Assembly: GCA_051362555.1 (NCBI GenBank)
Contig: CM120640.1
Coordinates: 10,354,001-10,418,000, forward strand
DNA from: Lingula anatina
Taxonomy: Eukaryota; Animalia; Brachiopoda
DNA: 64,000 bases
Direction of reading: 5' to 3'
Shown: piece by piece, positions 1 through 11,600 of the stretch
How the letters are laid out: every line of letters begins with the position of its first letter
How positions within the stretch are numbered: position 1 is the stretch's first letter
The notes under the pieces: generated by a model
What the model saw: only the letters and a program-made list of their open reading frames with translations
What the model was told of the DNA's origin: nothing
The model's database searches: none
Translations under genes and position numbers: made by a program

Positions 1-863
1 TGTATACATCACTTATGAGAATAATAAAATTGTTTATTTCAGAAAGGATTACGTCAACAATTAAAGGTCTTTGCTAATGATATAGGTTAAGGATACACTA
101 ATTACCTGTATATACATGGTTGGTTTATTGTACCACCAGCGTTAGCGCTGGCGGTACACATGGTTTCGGTCCCGTCCGGATCGTTCCGCCGGACGGCTAC
201 CGTTACCGCTTCTCCTCCTAGACGGTGAGGGCCCCCGTACCCATCTCTTGCATTTAGGTCACCTATAATCTCAACTCGTTCCACGTAAAATTTGGGCTTT
301 GTCGGTATTGGGGTCTGGGTGTGGCACTCATTGCAATGCACCCTTGTCCAAAAATGGCAAAATTAAATGCTAATTATCTACCCTACGGAAGGGGTTATGG
401 GAAAAATTTCTACAGACGGCTTTCCAAAAGTCATATGTGTAGATTTCAAATATGCCCTTGGCTTTGACCTTTGACATTTACTTCAAGGTCAAATGGGCCA
501 AAATTTTCAAAAAAATAAAATTTTTTACGAAAAAAATTTTTTTTGCCCTGTTATTCAGACACCACACAGACTTAACCAATAATATTATTGGAAAGTGTTA
601 CCCTTTAGGTCATCTTTCATCTCCGTGAATTTGGGGTCAATCGGTGCATTTTCACGGGAGTAGCGGCCATAAGATGCCGAAACTGAAAACTGTCTCTAAT
701 TCAGGAACCGTTAATGCTAGAGACCCATTCTTTTTTGCATTTTGTAGAGCATGTAAAGCCCAACACTGGGGGTGGTCTCCGTTTTTTTGTATTCCAAACG
801 GTTTTGGAGTTACGCTATCAAAAAGTACATATTGGTGGTGAAAGCAAAATGTGCAGTACGGTA

Positions 864-1095
864 TAGTCAGGTGGCTATGTCCAAATTTTATCCAGAATTG
901 TGCAATAGATGATAAAAGCATGAAACAATAGATGATAAAAGCATGAAACTTTCCACGATGAATGACCATTGGGTGTTTGTCTATTTTGGATCGGGGGGTT
1001 GACAAACACCCAATGGTCATTCATTGTGGAAAATTTCATGCTTTTATCATCTTTTGCAGAATTCTGGATAAAATTTGGACTTAGCCGCCTGACTA
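864..1095. repeat. Long inverted repeat (fold-back) inside the HINE
   Basis: Arm 864-981 (tagtcagg...gggtgtttgtc) is the near reverse complement of arm 1001-1095 (gacaaacaccc...cctgacta). Loop is 19 nt. The left arm carries a 23-bp tandem duplication (903-948). Confidence 0.9.
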
Positions 1096-1820
1096 CTTTT
1101 CACCATGAACTAAACTTTGCATATTTTGCTTCCCTTTTTTCTCCAAAACTGGCAGAGATAGGTCCATAGTTACTATTGAACTTGAATAGGAAGTCATATA
1201 CTGGCAATCTAAATGTGACCTTGAAATTGACCTTTGACCTACTTTTCACCATGAACTAACCTTTGCAAATTTTGTTTCCCTTTTATCTCCAAAACTGGCA
1301 GAGATAGGTCTATAGTTACTATTGAACTTGAATAGGAAGTCATATACTGGCAATCTAAATGTGACCTTGAAATTGACCTTTGACCTACTTTTCACCATGA
1401 ACTGAACTTTGCAAATTTTGCTTCTCTTTCATATCCAAAACTGGCAGAGATAGGTCCAAAGTTACTATTGAAGTTGAATAGGAAGTCATATACCGGCAAT
1501 CTTAATTTGACCTTAAAATTGACCTTTGACCTACTTTTCACCATGAACTGAACTTTGCAAATTTTGCTTCCCTTTTATCTCCAAAACTGGCAGAGATAGG
1601 TCCAAAGTTACTATTGAAGTTGAATAGGAAGCCATACACTGGCAATCTTTATGTGACCTTAAAATTGACCTTTGACCTACTTTTCACCATGAACTGAACT
1701 TTGCAAATTTTGCTTCCCTTTTATCTCCCAAACTGGCAGAGATAGGTCCAAAGTTACTTTTGAAGTTGAATAGGAAGTCATATACTGGCAATCTTAATGT
1801 GACATTGACCTTTGACCTAC
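1095..1820 (+). repeat. Tandem array of five 146-bp monomers (satellite-like)
   Basis: Monomer start acttttcaccatgaact recurs at 1095, 1241, 1387, 1533 and 1679 (period exactly 146). The last unit is 6 bp shorter. Confidence 0.95.
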
Positions 1821-4800
1821 CTTTTGATGAACTTTTGATATATTTTTTTGCATATTTTGAAAATTCTTGTTGATTGCATTTTTACAGCTTGTCAAGCAAA
1901 AGACTGGTGGTTGTGTCCCTTATTTTGTATATGTGGGGGTCTATACGAATGCGCTTGCTCCAGCTGGTGGTACAATATTTGGAGGCGGTATCGCCTCTCT
2001 GATCCTCTAGTTTGTAGTATATAATCAGATTTTAAAATTTATTTTATTTTATTTTATTTTATTATTATTTTTTTTTGGGGGGGGGAGATTTTTATGATAC
2101 AGATTATATTTCATTAGATTTAAAACAGATGGACACATATCTTATACTATTGTGAGTACATGTATATATCTAAACTTGGATGTCTTTCCCTTCTTATTTA
2201 TTATTTGTGAAATTTAAGAACTGCCACTTTGGGATTCCTACAGACAGTGATCAGCACCCTTGCACCCTTTCCCCTTCCATAGTACCTCTCCCCTTCCTCA
2301 CACACATGCAGTCATGTAAAACAGGCATTCAAAATGCTATAAAGCAACAGTACTTTTACGTCTCCTGTGGCTCTGATTAGCTGTGTTTTTTGTGGGCTTC
2401 TGCATGTACCCTGTAACTTCATGCAATTACAGGATATTGATTGGTTCTTCATTGATCAGACAGATGCTTTACTTGGCTTGGTTCCCTAGAGGTAATGTGG
2501 AATGTGCTGATTTGGCTCAGTTTTGTCACTGGGGACATAGAGGTGTCTGTGTTGCGTATTTAGAAGGGTGGAATGGGCTACGAAATACAATGAATTCCTA
2601 GAAAATTAACAAAAGTTGATTGGAATCTCCCTGTTGTCTACTGGGAAGCTGTTCACTGGGCTCATTGTTGGATCCTTTTGCCTTATCACTTTTTATCAGA
2701 TTTGCTGGGTTAATGGTGGAGTGATTAAATTGGGTGCTCTGCATTGTTTGCATGTCGTCACCACACTTTACAGTGACTGTAATCAGCACTATACAGAAGT
2801 TAAAGCAAACCAGTATTTGGAAATATGGTGTTTTTTTAAATTATATATTTATTTAATTTTTTTTTTTGGGGGGGGGGGGGGGGGGGGAGATCAAGATACC
2901 TGATCATGAAAAAATTTGATTGAAATGATAAATTGTGTAGTTCCTTGTGTTTATGATCAGTAGCTCCAAAGCTTATATTGCACATTTCATCAACAAGCAA
3001 AAAAAAAAAAAAAAAAAAAAGGTGGAAAAAAATAAACTACTTGACAGTAACAGTGATCAAATAGGAATAAGTAATTCTTCAATAAAAACTTAACTTAGGA
3101 CATGCAATTGTTTTTGATTATTTTTAATAATAAGATGATTGCCATCAATTAATGTCACCAAAAACAATCTAAATTATAACTCACTGAAGAACCTCATCAC
3201 CTGGCAACTATCTTGACACAATTTTGAATTGCATTCAACCTCTGAGGATGTGAGAAAAATTGAGCTTGAAGGTATGGGTGAAGGACTTCTTTTATTTTTC
3301 AAGGTTGTTACATAAATTTGGCAAGTCTCAAGATAGGAACAAAGGTTGGTTAATCTGAGAAAAGTACCTTTTATCCCAGAAAAATTTGTTAGGTATAAGT
3401 TTTTCACATGAAAATGTTATGCTATACATCTTTAATATTAATTTACCATTTTTTTGGTTTTCCATTTGTATATGAAGAGAGTTGGCCATCATCTAAAATG
3501 CCATTACTCTATTAGTCTAATGTGCACTTACTGTGAAGGTTTTTACTGAGAGTACTGTGAAATCCCATGTGCTTAGCACTGGTAAATCCCATCACTCCAA
3601 TGGTTCATTTTTCAGAAAGAGAAAATTACATGTTAGATAAAAGTAATGAGAACAAGGGGCCATTCAGACTGGATGATCCGAGCAACTTACTGATCCTCCT
3701 ACTAAATATGGCATTAGCAGCAGAGCACAATACTGCATGGTCATACATGTAGAAGTGAAGCTAGCTGAAGGAAAAACTGGACATTGACATGCTGCCAATG
3801 CAGTTGATACAAAGATTTGCCCTTTTTATGCTTGTTACTATAAATTTCTTTTATAAATCCTTCAGTTTTCTAATGGCAACTGTTCATATTGCAGCTGTTC
3901 CTTGTTGGTTTTTCTTTACCGTCCTTTGTTTCGTACATTTGGCAATAGACAAAGAACAGTGAGAACTATTGCCTTGATTTTTTCCTTTCTCCTGCTATTA
4001 CAGTGTATATCCAAGAAGTCTGTGTAATGTCTTGACTATTAACCCCCATCTCAGCCAAAACCACAAGAGCTTTTTAGATCAGATATACTAAATTGCTTCA
4101 CCTCAGTTTATAAATGACAGACTGTTCAGCATTGATCACCTTCGCATCATGAATGCACCAACTTGGGACAAGAGCATTATTTTCATGCAGCCAATATAGT
4201 AACTGACTTTTATCTTGTTTTCTAAATTTTACGTTTGATTGAGGTTCAGATTTTCTGTGTTTATACAGGTAACTTCAGTAGCTATAGGTGTTATTGCCTT
4301 TTAATTACGGAAGTTTCATTTATCAGATCTCACTGTGACAAGGATTTATGTATGAAAGGTTTAAATGTGACCAGAGTAAATACTAGGGTATTGATACTCT
4401 GTGTTTTATCTTTCTGATAGAGGAACAGGTCTTTTTAGACATCCCATCAGCCAAACCCATGGATTCACTGAGAATATGGCAGTTGATTGGGTTAGTATAG
4501 ATTATGAGACTGTATATAAGTAGATGGTTTAGGTAACAGCAGAGTTGCATTAGACTGATGAGAACTGCCTGGGAACCTCCGGTATACTTCTGCCATATTT
4601 ACAGCATACATATAGCATTGGGTGAGTGTTGATGGCATAGCACACTTGAGTTTTCTAAGGTTTCTAAAATGTAGAGTTTTTTTATGTCTCTTCCATTTTT
4701 TCCGCACAACACATTTCAGAACATACATAATAACAGGACAAATGCCATATATATAAAGAGTTTGTAATTTGACCAGTCTAAGCTGCTTTTATTTATTGCA

Positions 4801-5532
4801 AACCCCTCATATGTGGGGACACATTTACTACAGTGTGTATAGGTGTCCTGTTGAGGTGAAGGGAAATTGGTGAACAATTAGATATGATATATGTACCCCA
4901 GGCCATAATTATTATTGGGAAGTAATTAAATAGTGTGCAGCCTCTGCTTATTAATTTTGAATTAAAATACACTTAATCATGTCAGGTCATCAAGATATAC
5001 AGGAGTATTTGTGTGCTACTAATATGTGATAAGATTGCTTTATATCAAATGCTGTAGTTTGTATGTGTGGCATTAAAAAGCTTGAATAGATGTTTGAGTA
5101 GAACATAAAAACAGCCACATGTACATACTATATATATATTTATTTAGCCAGAGGCAATCTGTGGTATGACCAACTGAACAGTCAAAGTATGCCCAGTTGT
5201 TGATATGTAAGTTATATTTTTGTCACTTCATTTTTAATTTAAACTTAATTAACACAGTAGGTGGGCAATTGAGCTTTTAACAGTTTCTGATTGCTATGTT
5301 TGATAAATGAACAGGATATTTATGTTGAAGTTCATATGCTTGAAGTGGTTTAACAGTGCAGTAAAATGCACACGAAGGTGTTTCCATATCGTGGCACGTA
5401 TGACATCCATATTTTATTAATTGTTTCAGGTACAGGTGCCGTGTACACCCTGACATGGATACTATAGCACACCTTTGCTGATGAACAAGACCACTGATGA
5501 CCCATCCAGACAGTGCTTCATGATAAGAAACC

Positions 5533-5635
5533 ATGAAGTGCCCATCTTCCTCAGCTCAGATCTGTCTTTTTATACTTTGGTATACCATGCTTTGCTATGG
5601 AGACTATTTTACAAGTGCCCAGGCTGGGGATTTTG
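5533..5635 (+). CDS. First coding exon of the KIAA1549-like gene (signal peptide)
   Basis: gaaaccATG context. Encodes MKCPSSSAQICLFILWYTMLCYGDYFTSAQAGDF. Donor G|gtaagt is phase 1, matching the acceptor at 10024. An upstream acceptor at 5428-5429 implies a further 5' UTR exon. Confidence 0.7.
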
Positions 5636-8600
5636 GTAAGTTGACCACTGAGGTCTGTGTGTGGATATATATAGTTTATAATAGCCCTGTGGCCAGGTGC
5701 CACAGTGTTTAGTAAATAAATATAGTCAAAAGTTCTTGTGTATAAGAAAGGCATCTGAATAAATCTTATTTTTGTTCTTTTTATGTTTTTAAATTTTATC
5801 CCCCACCACTTCACCCCATCTCTACCACCTTAATTTTCAGATTTCATTGATTTATTTTTCTTTTGGCATTCTCCCTTCCATTTTTGTAGGTACAGTATAT
5901 TATATTAAGATTGACATTTTATTTGGTTGCGATGTCAAAATGAGATTGATCAAAATTGAGAGAAACGATCTTTTTAATTACATTTTCATTTAATAAGTTT
6001 GGGTTATTGGTAATGATTGATCCGTATCTTTAGCATTAGGAGTAAAATATTGCATTTGATGTTTTTGTCATAATTATGGCCTGGGTAATATTGGCTCTGA
6101 AAACATGCATTGAAACATTGGAGCAGAGCTCTAGTAAAAAGAGCAGGAAGAGTACATACAACAAAATAGTAACATACATCTTTGGAAGTGTATGTTTATA
6201 TTTTTGTCTCCCAGGATGCACTGTGTAATCCATATTTAGAGTAATCCAGTTAAGAATTTCATCAGTTGTGTTATGTACTCAAGATAACTTACAATAATAA
6301 ATTCTTAAAACAATAGCTATAACTCTGAGTTATTATGAATCATTATTAAATTATATTGTAGGGGGTACCATAATGTTAAGAGTTCTTACAACACCTGTAG
6401 CCAAAAGTGTATTCTGTGGCATTGAAATATTAGAGTTTATACTGTTGTTTGAAGAACAAACAATTTTTCATAGCAATTTTACAAAGCAGATACTAACACG
6501 TTATTGTTGCCTTGGGTGGTTGGTTAATTTATCATATGTAAGATTAATTGGTTGATATTTCTTATTATAGGATATCAAAATTTGCACCCTATTTTAATCC
6601 AGATGACATTTTGAATTTAAACTAATTTTTAAAATTTACTTTTATTTTGGTTTCTGGATAAGCATTTTCGGACACAAGTTATAGGTTAGCTACTTAGCTA
6701 CCTTTTTTCATTTTTTTAAATCTCTTTACTTAAACATTGTTTTATCCACCTATTTTGCTGTTGCTAAAAAAAGTATAAATGAGAAAAAAAGTGCAGCAAC
6801 CACTGTTATAATTAATGTCTCTGAGGTAATGAAAGGCTTGCCATACTATCATTATGACTCATAATACAATATGCATAGCATCTACTCTTTCAATGCTAGT
6901 CACATTTTATTTCTATGACCAAGAATTAATAATGTTGGTTGTGGTGATTTATCTCTGATCTTTATCTGAACACAAGTTTTGACAAGATCTTAAGATAAAT
7001 TTCATGTATTTTGCCAAAAAATTATCCAGGGAAAATGAGCAGAACATCCATTTGGAGAATTTATCCTTGTAAACAGGAGACACTGGTAAACCAGCAAGTA
7101 TTTTTAATACAAACATGGTCATCAACAAATGGATGATTGTTTGTTGGTTTGTCCCTGAGGCTATAGACAGTCATTTTATCTTAGTGATTATCAGATGTCC
7201 ACAAATATATGTCAGTGGAATGAATTCTAGGTGCCTTAATCGGCACATATACAACCAGATAGCTGGCAGGAAAAAATTCAGCCCTTGTGTGCGTCATTCT
7301 CATCCATTGTTTAGAATATTTTCTCTTGAATAATAAGGGTGGTGGAGACATCAGTTAAACAAAGTTTATACCCATTTATCCATTTTGCAATCAGCCTTCA
7401 CATACCATGTTTTGACAGGGTGTTTTCGTCCTTTGAGGAGAAAGAAGTTGAGAGGAAAGTTAACATGTTAATGACCATTAATTTGAGGAAGAGCCATAGT
7501 ACTTTTGACATGCATTATTCACCCAAACTTGCTGTGTGTATGCCAAATGATTTGTGAAGTAAAAGGGTGAAATGTTTCCTCTCATAACATTTCAATTTGA
7601 TCAAAGAAAAATTAAGAATTTGTTGTTTTGCGTAAAATGAATAAGGTGAAGTTGACATAAGGCACTGAGAAACAAGTATCAGAAAAACTGTCAAAATACA
7701 TTAAGTATTTGTGTCACTAGTGATTTACAACAATGCCTTGTCATTATGCAAGTGCAATCGTCACAAGACATAAATTACTTTTTTTTTATAAATTTGAATT
7801 TGTAACTTGAGAACTCATGTGATTCTCTAGATCATAAGTTGTTGGGTTGCCAGGGAGGTGCTAGTTTTAAGCTTTAATTGTCCACAGTGAGGCCTATTAA
7901 AATAAAAAAGAGCACTGTGGTGCACTTGCAAAGAGGTTATAAAGGAATTTTTCTCATGGTGTTTTTAATATCATCTGGAAGTTGTTGGTCTCCCTTGGGG
8001 TTTAAAGCATGTGGGGATTTTTAAGAGGAGTTTTTGTGACATTTTTGTGTATACTTCAATCCAAAAGACACACACATACAGTTTTTTCATAAATGTTTGC
8101 ATCAATCCCTTAAGTAAATCTTCTTTCAATTAATTCCATATACCTATGAATATTTGATGAACAAATGAACAATATTTTTGAAGGATGTTTTTTGTACGAT
8201 GAATGATTTATGTTGAAATGTGTTCTAAATTAAATTTTAAATTGATGTTCAGTTTCCTGGACACATGCCACAGTATTTTTGATATAATATGTTGTATATC
8301 TTTCCATTTCGAGTCAGCTGATTTGAAAAAAAAATTGAGAAAACAAAACCAGAATATTTGATATATATCTAAGGCTGAAACTTTTCATGATGAAGTAACA
8401 TTTTTAAAACAGACTGTGATTTTAGTTTTCATGAATATTTTAACTTATTACTGAAGATAGTGGTGCTTAATCCAGAGTCCTCCTTAGTTTTCCAAAAAGT
8501 TATTTTAATTTTATGCAAATAAAATATTTCTAAAGCTGACTGGGAAAGTGAAGTTATGATTCACCTTCCCCATGGGGGGTGAAAGGAGTACCTTGAGTGG

Positions 8601-11600
8601 TTGGTGAATCTTGACATTTTGTCTTTTTTGTATTTTTGAAAATAATATGTGCACTGAGTAACTACATAACTTGGCTGTCTTCACAAATATGCCCACAAGT
8701 ATAGCACTGGTACTGAGCTTACTAAGAGTGTGCTTCAATTTTAGTGACATTTGATGAGCCATCCCACGCACATTAAATGGGTCTTAAATGTTATATCTGA
8801 ACTAAATAAAAGGATTATGCCATTTTAATGACACTTGGTATATGATATGTTTTATATTTTTATAAAGTTGATAAATATTTTCTTTTTATTTTAAGGCTAC
8901 ACGAACTGTTGAAGTGTTTGTGTGATTTACTCCATGTAAATCACACAAATATTTTGGGGAGCTAGCAACAAGTGGATAAACAGAAATATTTGCACTTACT
9001 TAACTGATAACAGTAAACAAGCCCACACTTTATCAAAATATTTGCCAACTATGCCATCAGCCAATTCTTTGAGAGAGCTGTTAGAAATCTATAATTGCTA
9101 AGAAATGTCATGTTTTTACATAACGTTTCTCTTCAAATTTGAATTAAGTTGTGATTTAGACCAAGGGAAAAGTAAAGGATAAACTTCATAATGGAGTAAG
9201 AAAAAAATCAGATCAAATATATGAATAGCATTTCTGCTAGCTGTTATCTTTCTTAGTTAATGATTAGAGCATCTGAAAAAAAAACCCAATAGATGTGGCA
9301 TGCATTTGTCTTACTGAACCTTTCTGTCCTCTGCATGCTATTGTTTACAAGTGGAGCATTTAAAACAATGAATTGCTGCAAGAGGTGCTTTTCATCTTTG
9401 AATATAGGATAAGCCTTCAATATTCTTGTGAAATTGCATAGACAAGGAACTTTCAAAAAAGAATCTTTGACAATTTAAAGAGCATGTGTGTAAAAATAAA
9501 GAAAATGGGTTTGTGCAAACTGAAACTGTCTGGGCGAATTGGCAGATTTGATATTTGATATCTGTTGCCACAGCAGTATTGAAGGTTGACTAGGGAGTCT
9601 AAACAATAGTCCTCAGTATGAGCTTTCATTTTTAATCAAAATTTAAAGTATTGCTTTCTAAACAGTTAGTTTTTTTTTTTCACTTGATAAATGATGCCGA
9701 TTACACTCTCATGCCCTGTATTATATAGTTGTTTGTGTTATGTAATATTTTTGTCTCAAGTGTCTTTTTCATAGTCAGCAATGTTCATTTGAAAATCTTA
9801 ATTTGATTTATAATCATTTGTCATGTATGTGATATACTTAAAAGATTTTCTTCAGGCCATTGCAAATTATGATACAACCTTTAGCCCAGATGCAGAATAA
9901 ATTAGTTTGCAAATTGCTAAGATACAAAAAAGCAGTTTAATTTGGGCAAGAAATACATTTTCTTTCCTTTTCCCCCCTCAAAAATGTACTTAAAATAATA
10001 TTTTTTTCTTATTTGTTAATTAGGACAAGTGGATGGTCCTCAACAGATGACAGAAGAAACTGGTATAACTACAGATGTGACTTCAAGTATTGAGACAGTA
10101 TCAACAGGCTCAGATCAAACAGCATTCCTTGGAGGTCAAGAGATCACTCATGGATCACAGGGAGACACAACAACAGAACCACCGCCACAGACTGTTTCTG
10201 TGGAAATTGTTACCATGGATGAAAACAATAACCTGGTCATGGCAACAGAGACGGCCACACTAAAATATAATTTTACTCAGCATGGGACTGAAATAGCAGC
10301 CAGTATTGGAACCACAGAAAGAATATTTGCAGGTGCTGTGTCACAATTACAAGCTGGAACAGATGTGGCTATTTTGCAAACAAAAGGAAAAACAGTTTTT
10401 AGTACCATAGCCACTTCAGTGAATTATGGGGCTACGTCAGAGGAAATTAATACAGTGACAGAGAAAAACATTTTTCCACTGACTTCATCCTATAGTCACT
10501 CAACTGTGAATTCTGCATTTACAGCAGTTTGGTCAGAAAATGAAAATGGGAGGAATTCTGGGAAAACTCTGGGGACTCCAGGCACATTACTCCCTTCCTA
10601 CTCCTCCCCAACAGCTGTGCCTTCCACTCCATGCAAAACCCAGACTGCCCCTACAAAGATAAAAAGTAATGAATCTAAAGATGGCAACATAATTAGTTTT
10701 ATGGAGCAATCAATGCAGCCAGTCTTGGGAAGTCAATCTGTGGTAATTGACGTAGAACTAATGTCAGCTAACACTGACAGTGAATCAATGATTTTGTCTG
10801 ATGCAACTTCAAAACATGGCAGTGATATCCAAAATTTTTTTCTGCAAGAAGGAACTCTGTCTGCACATCAATTTATGTCAGATTCTGTAATGAGAAAAAG
10901 TGATGCTTCCTTCCACTCCTCCTTAAATTCTATCCAAATCGGTGACAGTGACTTTGATGACTTCATTAATCTACTATCTACTGATTGCTGTTCTGAAACC
11001 AGTGAAGCAGTATCCACAGATATCATTACTTCCAGAAAACAAGTTTCAAGTCAAGTTGAAAAAACATTAACTGAATCAAAAATGATACCTATTTCTCTCT
11101 TTTTTTCCTCATCAGAGCTTTCTCATGTACATGTAACACAACTAGTGAGCTCTGTTTCACAGAAGAGAAATGAAAAAGTAATTTATAATTATCCAGATGG
11201 GCTTTTCATGCCACATTTTGTTCATGAGCCCGAACCAAAGGTATCGTCAGAAACATTCAGTCATGAATCTCAAGGCAGTTTGGTAGAATTTTCTGACAAA
11301 TTATTGAGTAAAAGTCTTAGTGAAGTAGGGACCCACTTTTCTCTTAGTGGTCTTATGACATCATCGCATGGTGCATCAATATTTCTTGACAGGCCCAGCA
11401 CATCAGAAGTTCTGAGCTCTGTCTCGGGATCATATACTGATCTGTCAGTAGAGGTTATCAAGACAACACCTGTACTATTTTCTGCAACAGAACATGTAGC
11501 CATCAGTAAGAAGACATTAGTGGAATCCACTGGTGTAACAGTTTTATCAATGTCAGAACAGTCTCAATCTAATTCGATAAGTGTGGCAACCAGAGAAATG

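Larger units (their letters stand above)
124..2011 (+). mobile_element. Non-autonomous Helentron-type element (HINE/DINE-1-like) with internal tandem array
   Basis: 5' subTIR tattgtaccaccagc (126-140) pairs with an adjacent IR gctggcggtaca (147-158). GTCC-like short repeats follow. An exact 3' subTIR gctggtggtacaata (1963-1977) is followed by hairpin gaggcg-gtat-cgcctc (1982-1997) and a ctagttt end. T-rich flanks, no TSD, no transposase ORF. Confidence 0.8.

Noticed and set aside
43-85. Possible small + strand exon (ttcag|AAAGG...ATAG|gttaag)
   Set aside because: Could be a 5' UTR exon, but there is nothing beyond generic splice-like sites and the donor is weak.
102-1169. Short ORFs within the HINE
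   Set aside because: No Rep/helicase or transposase motifs. They arise by chance or from the inverted repeat.
1095-1820. CRISPR-like periodicity
   Set aside because: Whole 146-bp units repeat with no unique spacers. The context is eukaryotic and there are no cas genes.
2616-2903. Hydrophobic 95-aa ORF resembling a signal peptide
   Set aside because: Starts at TTG with an in-frame stop just upstream, has no ATG, and runs into poly-T/poly-G.
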